From NCBI GenBank assembly GCA_964469605.1, contig CAYXZA010000001.1, positions 71,274 to 135,273 on the forward strand: DNA of 64,000 nt, read 5' to 3'. The stretch is from an uncultured Candidatus Saccharibacteria bacterium (GTDB lineage: Bacteria > Patescibacteriota > Minisyncoccia > Phycocordibacterales > DATDWN01). Shown here piece after piece: positions 38,533 to 48,337 of this stretch. The translations under genes and the position numbers were made by a program. Every line of letters begins with the position of its first letter. Position 1 is the stretch's first letter. Under the pieces are notes generated by a model. The model was not told where the DNA came from. It searched no databases and was given only the letters and a program-made list of their open reading frames with translations.

Positions 38533-40611
38533 ATGAAAAAAATTATTTTATTTATTTTTATTTTGTCTGTGTTTTTTGGTTCGAAAGTTTATTCAGAATC
38601 CTGCACAGGAGATATTTTCGGTAGTGCTGATGCATCTAAAACTTGTGCAGAACTTGCAGAAAAAGAGGCAAGAGACAGAGGTTACTCTGCTAGTTGTTCT
38701 GTCAGCACCCAAGGTGCTCCAAACGGTTCAACTCTGTATTCCCCCGTTTGTACTATAAACGGTGTAGATGGTTTTGGTGCAAATCTTCTTTCTGGTTGGA
38801 ATAGTTCAAATGGAACAGTTGTAAATTCTGGTTGGAATACTCTAAGCACAGAAATGAGAACTTTTAATAATTCTCCTAGGGGTTCTTCTATAACCTCAAC
38901 ACTTTTAGCCACTTCTTCTAGAGCAACAACAACTGACTCTATAAGAGAGATAGAAAGAAGAATCGAACAGATAAGACAGCAAACTTTTTCTGTTTCAAGA
39001 GCAATGTATAAAAATCAACTTGAAGAGTTGGTTAAACAAAATCCAAGTTTAAGGTCAACTGTTGATACGATTTTGTCAAAACCTGCTTTGGGCAGTATTG
39101 GAACACTGGATTTTAATCCAAGTGAGGTTAAAAGAGGAACAACAACAACTTCTTCCTCAACAGGTTCTGGAAAATCTTGCTTTAATTTTTCTAGAAATCT
39201 AAAATCTGGCGATTCTGGAGATGATGTTTCTGCTTTGGCTGATATTTTATACGAAGAAGGTTTGTATAGTGGAAATGATACCAAAACTTTCAATAATGAA
39301 ATACAAGAAGCTGTAAATGATTATCAACTTAAATACAAAGCTGATATTTTAGACAGGGCAGGACTAACTTCACCTACTGGGGTTGTTGGAAATCTAACAA
39401 GAGATCATCTAAATAACAGATGTAGGACAGGTTCAGCTTCAACTGTTGATGATCCTATAACAAATGCTCCTGTAAGCATAGATCCAAATAATATGTTGTT
39501 TAGGTTTGTTAAAATATCTACAAAAGAAAACGGTTGGGTATCTTGGAGAGAGATAGAACTTTATGAAAAGAAGGTTGTATCAACAACTTCACCTGCAACT
39601 GTTGGAACTTGTTATGTTTTACCAAATGGTAGCACAAATTGTAATGGTGGATCTTCTGTTTCAACCACAACTATTGAAACAAAGATCAATATATTGCCTT
39701 CAAAGATTACAGCTCAATCTTTTATATTCTCTGGTAGTCCTGCAGATGTTGCACCTTCAAAAGCTGTTGATGGAAATATTGAGACCGCTTGGAATGCTGG
39801 CGAAACAAATATTCCTTGTAGAACTCCGGGTACAAGGGGCTGTCCTGGTGCTGTAAGGGAAGCTGATTTTGTTATTGATCTAGGAAAGATAAAAAATATT
39901 TCTAGAATCCGTTTGGTTGAAAATGGAGATACTATTACCGAAGTTGCAACTGTTTATGTAAGCAACAATGGCAAAGATTATACAGAGTTAACAAAGTTCA
40001 TCGCCCCTACTGCTGATAGACAAAATTTGGATTTTCCAAAGAAAATAAATCCAAATGCAAAACCGCCAGTTATAGCAGGAGCAGTTGTTTCAAAACAACT
40101 CCCTACTGCTGACAATCCAAATATAAACTCAATAAGATCTGGTATTGTAAACGAGCTTTACAATATGGCCCTGTCCTTACCGGCATCTACTACTGGACAA
40201 GCTGTTTTAAAGTTGAAACCAACAATGTATGGATACTCACCTGCTGGAAACTTCCAATATGTTTGGAGGGTTGAAAATGCAGATTATATAAAAATTGAAA
40301 AGAGTATAGAGGTAGATCCTTCTTTGGGAGTATTAACAGAAACTGAAAGTGGTGGTGGTTGCAAGATTGATAAAGATGCAAGAGATGCCTCTATGTTCCC
40401 AATGCTTGATTCTAGCATATCCAGTTTAAATATGTCCCCACTCGTGTTGTTTGGTTATAGATTTACAAATCCATCTTTGGTTTATGCTCCTATATCAGAG
40501 TATGCAAATACTTGTAATATTGGTAAAAGATACATATCAACTATGACTGCATATAAATCTGATTCAAATAAGGTTGCAACATTTAAGTTTATAATAGAAG
40601 TCAGTAAGTAA
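38533..40611 (+). CDS. large exported Ser/Thr-rich protein with peptidoglycan-binding-like and discoidin (F5/8 type C)-like domains
   Basis: Signal peptide; 'GDDVSALADILYEEGLYSG...FNNEIQEAVNDYQLKY' resembles PG_binding_1; 'AVDGNIETAWNAGE' resembles the discoidin motif. Confidence 0.6.
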   Translation: MKKIILFIFILSVFFGSKVYSESCTGDIFGSADASKTCAELAEKEARDRGYSASCSVSTQGAPNGSTLYSPVCTINGVDGFGANLLSGWNSSNGTVVNSGWNTLSTEMRTFNNSPRGSSITSTLLATSSRATTTDSIREIERRIEQIRQQTFSVSRAMYKNQLEELVKQNPSLRSTVDTILSKPALGSIGTLDFNPSEVKRGTTTTSSSTGSGKSCFNFSRNLKSGDSGDDVSALADILYEEGLYSGNDTKTFNNEIQEAVNDYQLKYKADILDRAGLTSPTGVVGNLTRDHLNNRCRTGSASTVDDPITNAPVSIDPNNMLFRFVKISTKENGWVSWREIELYEKKVVSTTSPATVGTCYVLPNGSTNCNGGSSVSTTTIETKINILPSKITAQSFIFSGSPADVAPSKAVDGNIETAWNAGETNIPCRTPGTRGCPGAVREADFVIDLGKIKNISRIRLVENGDTITEVATVYVSNNGKDYTELTKFIAPTADRQNLDFPKKINPNAKPPVIAGAVVSKQLPTADNPNINSIRSGIVNELYNMALSLPASTTGQAVLKLKPTMYGYSPAGNFQYVWRVENADYIKIEKSIEVDPSLGVLTETESGGGCKIDKDARDASMFPMLDSSISSLNMSPLVLFGYRFTNPSLVYAPISEYANTCNIGKRYISTMTAYKSDSNKVATFKFIIEVSK

Positions 40612-40615
40612 GAGT

Positions 40616-41377
40616 TTAAAGTGGCTCAGATAGTTTTTGCCAATCATCTATTTTCAAATCTTCTGCACGAGAGTTTAGATCAATACCTAGTTTTTCAAAA
40701 GCCAGAGCAATCTGGTTTTTTGAATATAAAGAAAGTAGATTTCCAGAGAGTTTTTTTCTCTTGTGTGAAAACCCTAGTTTCACCAACTTAAAGAAAATAT
40801 CCATATTTTTAGGGCTTTCTTTGGAAATTTGACTTATTTTTAAAATAGCTGAATCAACTTTTGGTTTAGGATTAAAAGAACCTGCTTTAACTATTTTTAG
40901 TATCTGAGGTTTACCAAAAAACTTAACAGAAAGTGACAATATACTTTCTTTATCGTTTTTCGCTATTATCCTTTCAGCCACTTCTTTTTGAACAAGTAAA
41001 ACTGCTATTTTTGGTTTGTTTTTATTTTCTAAAAATTTTCTCAGGATTTCCCCTGTTATGTAGTAAGGAATATTTGCAATTAGTTTATAATCTCCAATAT
41101 CCCCTGTGTTAAAATCTAAAACATCCATTTGCAATATTTTTAATTTTTTAGCCTCTATCTCTTTTTGAAATTTTTCTTCAAGTAGAGAGATCATATCGGT
41201 ATCTTTTTCAATAGCTAAAACATTTGCTTTTTTAAGTAGTTTTTCTGTTAATACACCTTTTCCCGGGCCGATTTCAACAACTAGTTCATTTTCTTTTAAC
41301 TCACCAGCCTCAATCATTGAAAAAACAGCAGATTTTGAGGTTAAAAAGTGTTGACCTAATGATTTTTTAGCTTTCAT
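40616..41377 (-). CDS. rsmA: 16S rRNA (adenine1518/1519-N6)-dimethyltransferase
   Basis: 'SLGQHFL' start and SAM-binding 'VVEIGPGKGVLTEKL' motifs of KsgA/RsmA. Confidence 0.85.
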   Translation of the reverse strand: MKAKKSLGQHFLTSKSAVFSMIEAGELKENELVVEIGPGKGVLTEKLLKKANVLAIEKDTDMISLLEEKFQKEIEAKKLKILQMDVLDFNTGDIGDYKLIANIPYYITGEILRKFLENKNKPKIAVLLVQKEVAERIIAKNDKESILSLSVKFFGKPQILKIVKAGSFNPKPKVDSAILKISQISKESPKNMDIFFKLVKLGFSHKRKKLSGNLLSLYSKNQIALAFEKLGIDLNSRAEDLKIDDWQKLSEPL

Positions 41378-41444
41378 TTGTTATAAAAGGTAGCATATTT
41401 AAACAAAATCTGCCAAATGGCAGATTTTTGTTTAAGCTTCCGTA

Positions 41445-41777
41445 TTAGTCAAATCTTTTTCTTTTAGGTGGGTTTGTATTTACACCTCTGAGTTTATTAG
41501 GGTCACCACCAAGATCCCATCCTATTTTTTGAATTTTTCTAAATTGTTCTTTAGATATTGTTCCAAATCCACTTTTGCGACTTACCTTAACATCATTTTC
41601 TCCAATACTTAACACTTCCCCAACTTCTGTAGTTGTTGATTGTTCTGTTGAACCAGGACTTGTCATCCAACATTTGTCACCTTTTCTAAAGACAAGCGGT
41701 CCGTCTTCTTTTGGGTGTTTCATAGAAATAATATCTGTCGGTTCTCCTGGTGTATATTCAAATAAATTTTCTCTCAT
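41445..41777 (-). CDS. hypothetical protein
   Basis: 110-aa ORF with typical codon usage. Confidence 0.45.
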   Translation of the reverse strand: MRENLFEYTPGEPTDIISMKHPKEDGPLVFRKGDKCWMTSPGSTEQSTTTEVGEVLSIGENDVKVSRKSGFGTISKEQFRKIQKIGWDLGGDPNKLRGVNTNPPKRKRFD

Positions 41778-41801
41778 ATTTTTTAATTATATTATAACTT
41801 T

Positions 41802-42203
41802 TTAAACTACAATAATTTCATCGTGGTCTTCTGCTCCTTGAATTTCTCCCTCTTTAAATACACCATGCCAATTTTCATCAATAGGTAATTTATTTGGTAA
41901 GAATTCAAGAAATTTATCATATGTAAATATGGTTGTTCCATTAGTAGATTCAATACCTCTAACTAATATATGTGTAATTTTTCCGTTTTCATTTATTGCG
42001 AATTTATCAATTGTTATTTTATTATTTTCATCATATTCAAGTACCCCATGTTCATTTCTTTTGGTTGGTATAGCATCGCCAACTTTTAAATTTATTACAG
42101 ATCCATTTTTACTTGTAATTTGAATGGATAAACCTCTACTTTCTTCGTTATTTAACCAATGTGTTTCTGTTTCTATTTTTTCCATAATAATTAAATTATA
42201 CAC
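41802..42203 (-). CDS. hypothetical protein
   Basis: 133-aa ORF. Confidence 0.45.
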   Translation of the reverse strand: MYNLIIMEKIETETHWLNNEESRGLSIQITSKNGSVINLKVGDAIPTKRNEHGVLEYDENNKITIDKFAINENGKITHILVRGIESTNGTTIFTYDKFLEFLPNKLPIDENWHGVFKEGEIQGAEDHDEIIVV

Positions 42204-42211
42204 CTACTATT

Positions 42212-44167
42212 TTAAAAGTCTATTTTAAAATAACTACCAGTGTTGAAAGATATTAAATTTTTCTTTTCATATTCTTTCAAATCCTCATCTATCTCCTCTA
42301 TAAACCTAGATGGACTGTTTATTTTTTTCTCTCCAAATATCACCCTGGTTTGACTATGACAAAGGTAAAGCTTTTTCTTTGCTCTGGTTATGGCAACATA
42401 ACAGAGTCTCCTTTCCTCTTCCTCATCTTTTTTATCCTTTTGTTTTCCAAATCTTTGGTGAGGAAAAAGATCTTCTTCAAGTCCTGATATGAAAACCGTA
42501 TCAAATTCCAAACCTTTACTTCCGTGAACTGTCATAAGTTTAACCCCTTCTTTTTCTTTTTTCATCTCATCTTCATCTGTCAGCAAGGAAACTTCTGTTA
42601 AAAACAATTCCATACCATCTTCACCAAAAGTAGAGTCATAATATGTTCCAAGAGAAACAAGCTCCATTATATTCTCTAACCTCTCAAAATCCTCCTCTTT
42701 TTTGCTCTCTTGAAGTTCTTTTTTTAATCCAGATATCTCTATTGTGTATCTTATGGAGTCTGAAACTTTATTTGTTTTAATAAAATCAGCTATTTTTTCA
42801 AGTATTTTTCTAAAATTCTCTATTTTTTCTTGTGTTTTAAATGGTAGTAAATTTTCTTCTCCGCTTTTTATTTTTAAAATACTAGTCTTGCCTATTCCTC
42901 TTGCGGGAACATTTACAACTCTTATAAAATCACCAAAATTATCTTTATTTAAAGATGCTTTGATATAGGAAATACAATCTTTAACCTCTTTTCTTTCAAA
43001 AAATTTTGTCCCAATCATTTGATAAGAAACTGCATAGGCTAAAAATGCCTCTTCAAGTATTCGCGATTGAAAATTTGCTCTGTATAAAACAGCAATTTCA
43101 CTAGGTTTTTTGCCAGCTTCTATGAGTTCTTTTGACTTTTGAGCAATAAAATGAGCTTCATCGGCTTCTGTAAAACCCTCAAATATGCTTATTTTCTCAC
43201 CTTCATTGTTTAATGTGAAAAGATTTTTATCTATTCTCTGGTTATTTTTTTGTATGATTTGGTTTGATGCAGATATGATGTTTTTTGTTGATCTGTAATT
43301 TTGTTCAAGTAGTATGACTTTGCATTTTTCGTATTTTTTTTCAAAAAGAAGCATATTTTTAATATCAGCACCTCTCCAAGAATAAATATTTTGATCACTA
43401 TCCCCTACAACACAAATATTTTTATATTTTTCTGCTATAAGTGAGACTATTTTATCTTGAACTTTGTTTGTATCTTGATATTCATCTACACTTATATACC
43501 TAAATCTTTCTTGATATTTATCTAAAACATCCCTGTTTTTTTCTAGCAGTTTAAGTGTTATCAAAAGTAAATCGTCAAAATCCAAAGACCCTTCTTTTTT
43601 CTTTGTTTTTTCATATATATCCCAAACTTTTTTAGTTAAATCTATTGAAAAATCATTAAAACTCTTGTTTGAAAACTCTTCTAGATCAACTCCAAGGCTT
43701 TTTTCAGAGCTTATTATTGCTGAAACTTTATCTAGGTGTTCTTTTGGGTCATAAGAGAGCTCTTCAAGTGCCTTTTTTATAATTTTTTTTGAGTCAGATT
43801 TGTCTAATATACTAAAATGTCTGGGTATTTTTAAAATATCAGCATTTTCTTTAAGTATCAAAACTCCCAATGAGTGAAATGTTTTAATTGTTGGAAATGT
43901 CTTTTGTGACTTTAAAAAAAGTTCCTTGTTTTCTAAAAGCATACTCTCTATTCTATTTTTCATTTCTTTACCAGCTTTGTTTGTAAAAGTTATAGCTAGT
44001 ATTTCAGATGGAGAAACTCCATTTTCAATAATCTTCATTATTCTGTGGGTTATGGTTTTTGTTTTCCCAGCTCCGGCTCCGGCAACTAAAAGCAGTGGTC
44101 CCTCTGTGCAAAGGACAGCTTCTTTTTGTTTTTCATTCAATCCTTCTAAAAATTTACTATTCATCAC
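42212..44167 (-). CDS. pcrA: ATP-dependent DNA helicase, UvrD/PcrA/Rep family
   Basis: Motif I 'LLLVAGAGAGKTKTITHRI', 'ILAITFTNKA', 'VDEYQDTN', 'VGDSDQNIYSWRGA'; 651 aa. Confidence 0.85.
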   Translation of the reverse strand: MMNSKFLEGLNEKQKEAVLCTEGPLLLVAGAGAGKTKTITHRIMKIIENGVSPSEILAITFTNKAGKEMKNRIESMLLENKELFLKSQKTFPTIKTFHSLGVLILKENADILKIPRHFSILDKSDSKKIIKKALEELSYDPKEHLDKVSAIISSEKSLGVDLEEFSNKSFNDFSIDLTKKVWDIYEKTKKKEGSLDFDDLLLITLKLLEKNRDVLDKYQERFRYISVDEYQDTNKVQDKIVSLIAEKYKNICVVGDSDQNIYSWRGADIKNMLLFEKKYEKCKVILLEQNYRSTKNIISASNQIIQKNNQRIDKNLFTLNNEGEKISIFEGFTEADEAHFIAQKSKELIEAGKKPSEIAVLYRANFQSRILEEAFLAYAVSYQMIGTKFFERKEVKDCISYIKASLNKDNFGDFIRVVNVPARGIGKTSILKIKSGEENLLPFKTQEKIENFRKILEKIADFIKTNKVSDSIRYTIEISGLKKELQESKKEEDFERLENIMELVSLGTYYDSTFGEDGMELFLTEVSLLTDEDEMKKEKEGVKLMTVHGSKGLEFDTVFISGLEEDLFPHQRFGKQKDKKDEEEERRLCYVAITRAKKKLYLCHSQTRVIFGEKKINSPSRFIEEIDEDLKEYEKKNLISFNTGSYFKIDF

Positions 44168-44380
44168 AGTATTTTAACATAGTATTTTTATTTTTAATTA
44201 TAATTATAAATAATAATAAAAATGTTTGGTTAAAAATACTCTATAAATAATTGACATGTTGTCATGTATTATTGTATAATATGTGTGTTATTAGTAGCCA
44301 GTGGCAAAAGCCTTAAATTTCCAAGCTGGTATCTATAACAAGCCCTTTGCTACGGCATTGGGTTCTCTACGGAGAAAAAA

Positions 44381-44989
44381 ATGACACTTTTTGTGATAGT
44401 CACGGCGGTGATCTGCTCGTGGTATTACTTCTCAGTTGTGGTGCCTCGGCGTAAGGAACGAGAGAGGTTCGACAAGGCTCTCGGGGCTTACAATACCGAG
44501 CGGGATCGGGTTGAGGCTCTGCCAAGACTCGACACTCGTTGGCTGATGCGTGTACCGGGGGAAATAATGGACAAGAATTCGATTTGCCGCTCCTACGGGA
44601 CGCGATATGATCGGATTTTCATCGTCGATGAATGCGGTAACGGGTGGGTTGGATTGGTCACCCCGGAAATTCTCAAAGACTTAACAGCTGGAGAGTATAT
44701 CCGTTGTAACTACTTCATTCCCTTTCGGGGTGATGGTGAATCCAGTGCTGGAAAACCAGTGACTGTCGACAACCAGATAATCTATGTTTATCCTATCTGG
44801 ATGAATGAGGGAGTCAACACCCTAGACTGGAGTCTGTGGGCACGAATCGAGAAAAACTTTTACAAGCATTTGCAGCAATGGAACTATCAGTCTGGTCTCG
44901 GCGAGCTCAACGGGCATATGCAGGAGTTTTGCGAGAAGCGGGATCATTTCAACAGACTCGCTGCTGTGGTGGGGATTGAGGTGAAGTAA
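44381..44989 (+). CDS. foreign-composition (GC-rich) membrane-anchored protein of unknown function
   Basis: ~52% GC against the ~30% background. N-terminal TM 'LFVIVTAVICSWYYFSVVV'. GC-rich codons (CGC, CTC, GGG). Confidence 0.55.
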   Translation: MTLFVIVTAVICSWYYFSVVVPRRKERERFDKALGAYNTERDRVEALPRLDTRWLMRVPGEIMDKNSICRSYGTRYDRIFIVDECGNGWVGLVTPEILKDLTAGEYIRCNYFIPFRGDGESSAGKPVTVDNQIIYVYPIWMNEGVNTLDWSLWARIEKNFYKHLQQWNYQSGLGELNGHMQEFCEKRDHFNRLAAVVGIEVK

Positions 44990-45507
44990 TGAAAATTATC
45001 TCAATTCTCACTGCTCTGTTTCTTGTTGGTTGTGGTGGTAAGCAAAAAAAAGCTGAAAGCCACAAAGACACACCGATCAAAACAACAATCCCAGCACAGG
45101 TGGTCCATGAGGTGAAGAAGGTGGGGCCTGGATTCTGGAAAGAGTTCGGGGTCTCTAGTTCTGTGTATCGCCCTGATGTTGAACATGGAAGTGTATATGG
45201 TGTAGATGGATCGTTACTTGCCTTCAAGACCATTGATGGTGTGGTCTGGTTCGGAAACTTCGAGCCACGAGACAACAAACCTCCGCTCGAAACCCGCAAG
45301 GTGTACCTTGTGTGCATAAGTGGCAACCCTGCAAAAGGTTGTGGTTACGCAATGCGCAACTTGGCCGTCGCTCCGCCACAATGTGTGCTGGAGGAAAGAG
45401 TCGTGGGTTGGAAGGAAGCCCGAGGCTTCCTGGAGCCCAGGACTCCAAATTCAGAACTCTTTTGGCTGAATATCGAGGACTTTCTTCGATCTAGAGAATG
45501 GAAGTAG
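44989..45507 (+). CDS. foreign-composition lipoprotein of unknown function
   Basis: Lipobox 'ALFLVGCGG'. The ATG overlaps the TAA of the upstream ORF. Same GC-rich composition. Confidence 0.55.
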   Translation: MKIISILTALFLVGCGGKQKKAESHKDTPIKTTIPAQVVHEVKKVGPGFWKEFGVSSSVYRPDVEHGSVYGVDGSLLAFKTIDGVVWFGNFEPRDNKPPLETRKVYLVCISGNPAKGCGYAMRNLAVAPPQCVLEERVVGWKEARGFLEPRTPNSELFWLNIEDFLRSREWK

Positions 45508-45541
45508 AGTGTAAGTAAAAGTCTCGCTACTATGCGAGCAT

Positions 45542-45571
45542 AGCCCGCTCTTCGGAGCGGGCTGTTTTTTT
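45542..45571 (+). terminator. GC-rich intrinsic terminator ending the foreign cassette
   Basis: AGCCCGCTC-ttcg-GAGCGGGCT followed by T8. Confidence 0.65.
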
Positions 45572-45740
45572 AAATAAAGACTTTCAGTTTAATTTTGTAT
45601 TTTACAGTTTGCTGTTGACAATCTCATTTGGTTTTGGTAATATATAGAAGTCAGATTGTTTAGTTTCGCCCGAAAGGCGAATAATTTTTTACCAAAATTC
45701 AAGTAAATTTTAAAAATATTTAACAGTTAAATTATATATT

Positions 45741-46907
45741 ATGTTTGATCTAAAAATAATAAATTCAGTAATGACTCAACTTCAAGAGGAAAGAGGTATT
45801 CCAAAAGAGAAAACACTTGAAGCTATAGAGATGGCTCTTGCTACTGCTTATAGAAAAGAATATGGCAAAAAAGGCCAGATAATAAAGGCTAAATTTGATC
45901 TTAATTCTGGAAAAACAGAGTTTTTTCAAGTGAAAATCGTTGTTGATGAAACAATTGTTTTGATGGATTTTCCAGATGGTGAAGCTCTTCCGGAGGGTAA
46001 GGTTTTGTATAACCCAGAACATCATATGATGATCTCTGATGCTAAATTTATAAAAAAAGATGCTTCTTTGGGTGAAGAAATAGTCTTCCCTCTTGAAGAT
46101 AAGGCAGATTTTGGAAGAATTGCTGCTCAAACTGCAAAGCAAATAATTATGCAAAAGATAAGAGAAGCTGAAAAAGTTTCTGTCTTTGGTGAATATGGCA
46201 AAAGAGAAGGTGAAATTGTCTCTGGAACAGTTCAAAATATTGAGAGAGGAACGGTTTTTATTGATATGGGTAGAGCAACAGGAATACTGTCTTATGATGA
46301 ACAAATACCAGGAGAAAGATTCTCACAAGGTGAAAGAGTTAAAGCATACTTGTTTCAAGTTGATGAGTCTCCAAAAGGTGTGTTTTTGAAACTATCAAGA
46401 TCACATCCTAGATTTTTGGAAAAACTTTTTGAAGCAGAAGCACCGGAGCTTGTAAACGGCACCGTGATTATAAAATCTGTTGCAAGAGAAGCTGGTTCAA
46501 GAAGTAAAGTGGCTGTTTTTGCTTCCGATTCTCATATAGACCCTGTTGGCTCTCTAGTTGGTCAAAAAGGTGTTAGAGTTTCAACTGTTATGTCAGAGTT
46601 AGGTGGTGAAAAAATAGATGTAATAGAATACAGTGAAGATCCTACAAAATTTATAGCAGAAGCACTCTCTCCTGCTAGAATATTAAATATTGATGTAAAT
46701 GAAGATGATAAAATTGCAAAAGTTGAAGTTTCAGAAGATCAACAGTCTCTTGCTATCGGAAAAGGTGGTCAAAATGTTCGTCTTGCTGCAAAATTGACAG
46801 GTTACAAGATAGATATATCATCTTCTGGTGCATCTTCTGAGGATTCAGAAGATGAAGGTTTTATAGATTTAAAGACTGCTATGGAAAATACTGATTTTTC
46901 AGAGTAA
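45741..46907 (+). CDS. nusA: transcription termination/antitermination factor NusA
   Basis: N-terminal 'MFDLKIINSVMTQLQEERGIP', an S1 domain, two KH domains ('IGKGGQNVRLAAKLTGYKIDI'), and an acidic C-terminus. Confidence 0.9.
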   Translation: MFDLKIINSVMTQLQEERGIPKEKTLEAIEMALATAYRKEYGKKGQIIKAKFDLNSGKTEFFQVKIVVDETIVLMDFPDGEALPEGKVLYNPEHHMMISDAKFIKKDASLGEEIVFPLEDKADFGRIAAQTAKQIIMQKIREAEKVSVFGEYGKREGEIVSGTVQNIERGTVFIDMGRATGILSYDEQIPGERFSQGERVKAYLFQVDESPKGVFLKLSRSHPRFLEKLFEAEAPELVNGTVIIKSVAREAGSRSKVAVFASDSHIDPVGSLVGQKGVRVSTVMSELGGEKIDVIEYSEDPTKFIAEALSPARILNIDVNEDDKIAKVEVSEDQQSLAIGKGGQNVRLAAKLTGYKIDISSSGASSEDSEDEGFIDLKTAMENTDFSE

Positions 46908-46945
46908 TTTTAAAATATAGGTATAAAAAAGCGACTCAGGATATG

Positions 46946-47062
46946 TACCTATCCCTTAAAAGCATAATATTTAGAACACGGATAAATTTTTACTAAAATT
47001 TTCCTCGTGCTCGGTAGAGTCACTCGCAAGTTTCTAAACATTATACTTTTAAGGGATAGTGT
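46946..47062 (-). repeat. palindrome-nested conserved element, copy D
   Basis: Core 46970-47038 is near-identical to copy C. Inverted arms 'atcccttaaaagcataatat' / 'attatacttttaagggat'. Directly 3' of nusA. Confidence 0.75.
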
Positions 47063-47194
47063 ATCAAGAACCAAGATATACACCGAAAAGACTCTTTTAA
47101 AGAGTTTTTTGTGATATAATTTTAGGTAGTGATACGATGTTATCACTACTTTGTAATCAAGTATAATCTAAATTATTTTTTAACTTTAAAACAT

Positions 47195-47899
47195 ATGAAT
47201 AAAAAATTATTGATGTCAATTATGGTATTTGCATTTTTGCCAATATCTTTAACTTTTGCAGAAGATGGTAGTTCTTCGTCTACAACACCCAAACCTCCTA
47301 TAAGAAGAGAAGAAATGAGAGAGTTTAACAATGGTATAGGAGATCAAAGAAAAGAGATGAATGAAAAGATAAGGAATGAAAGAAAAGAGATGAACAAGGA
47401 TTTTGTAGAAAATATGAAAAATGCATCTTCTTCAGATCAACGAAAAACTATTATTGATCAAAGAAAAGAAGATGGTCAAAAAATGAGAGAAAATGCCAGT
47501 TCAACAAGAAGAGAATTTAATGAAAGAGCTAAGGATATGAGGATTCAAGAGAGAATGAAAGCAAATTTCAGAGTAAATTTAATGAAAATTGAGGCTAATA
47601 TAAATAGAATATCTAAATTGATAGAAAAACTTGATTCTAGGATAGCTAAACTAAAAGAAGTTGGGGGAACATTTTCAACAGCAGAAGGATTATCTGCTGA
47701 GGCAAAACAACATTTATCTGATGCTAAGACTTCATACGAATCTCTAAAAACAATGGAACCAAAAGAAGAAAATAAAGAAACTATAAAAAAGAGTATGGAA
47801 TCTATTAAAACTCACCTAGAAGAATCAAGAAAAGCAATAGATCTTGCTGTTAAGTCTTTGAAAAAACCAGTTACTGCTTCAACAACAAAAACAAATTAG
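47195..47899 (+). CDS. exported Lys/Glu/Arg-rich coiled-coil protein
   Basis: Signal peptide 'MNKKLLMSIMVFAFLPISLTFA', then repetitive 'ERKEMNEKIRNERKEMNKD'. Confidence 0.5.
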   Translation: MNKKLLMSIMVFAFLPISLTFAEDGSSSSTTPKPPIRREEMREFNNGIGDQRKEMNEKIRNERKEMNKDFVENMKNASSSDQRKTIIDQRKEDGQKMRENASSTRREFNERAKDMRIQERMKANFRVNLMKIEANINRISKLIEKLDSRIAKLKEVGGTFSTAEGLSAEAKQHLSDAKTSYESLKTMEPKEENKETIKKSMESIKTHLEESRKAIDLAVKSLKKPVTASTTKTN

Positions 47900-47928
47900 T
47901 TAAATTATAAAAATAATAAAAAATAAAA

Positions 47929-48258
47929 ATGGAAAATCAAACTCAAAATCCTAACCCTGTAAATCAACCTAATGTTGTTTTAAATCAGGTTGCTTCACAA
48001 CCATCATCATCTACTGGTTCTATTATGGCTACTATTATTGTTATAGCACTTCTCATTTTAGGAGGACTTTATTTTTGGGGTAAAAGAATCGAGACTCAAA
48101 GAGAAAACCAAAAAGCTCTTTTAGAAATCTCAAATATGGAAAATGCGGCTGCTGTTGAGATTTCAAATATAAACAATATCAGTGCAGATGATAGTCTAGA
48201 TTCTCTCCAAAAAGATATAAATTCTACAAATATTGATTCTATAGATTCAAATATATAA
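47929..48258 (+). CDS. small single-pass membrane protein
   Basis: 109 aa with one TM (IMATIIVIALLILGGLYFW). Confidence 0.4.
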   Translation: MENQTQNPNPVNQPNVVLNQVASQPSSSTGSIMATIIVIALLILGGLYFWGKRIETQRENQKALLEISNMENAAAVEISNINNISADDSLDSLQKDINSTNIDSIDSNI

Positions 48259-48337
48259 GAAATTTCTTTATATGATGCGTTCTGAAAAAATCCACAAAAA
48301 GTGGATTTTTTCTTTTTTTTAAGATAGACTGGGTTTT

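Noticed and set aside
45001-45494. Antisense small ORFs inside the GC-rich cassette (45001..45186 -, 45224..45448 -, 45312..45494 +, 44949..45326 -)
   Set aside because: Overlapping-frame artefacts of GC-rich sequence. The two sense-strand ORFs have a TM helix, a lipobox, and translational coupling.
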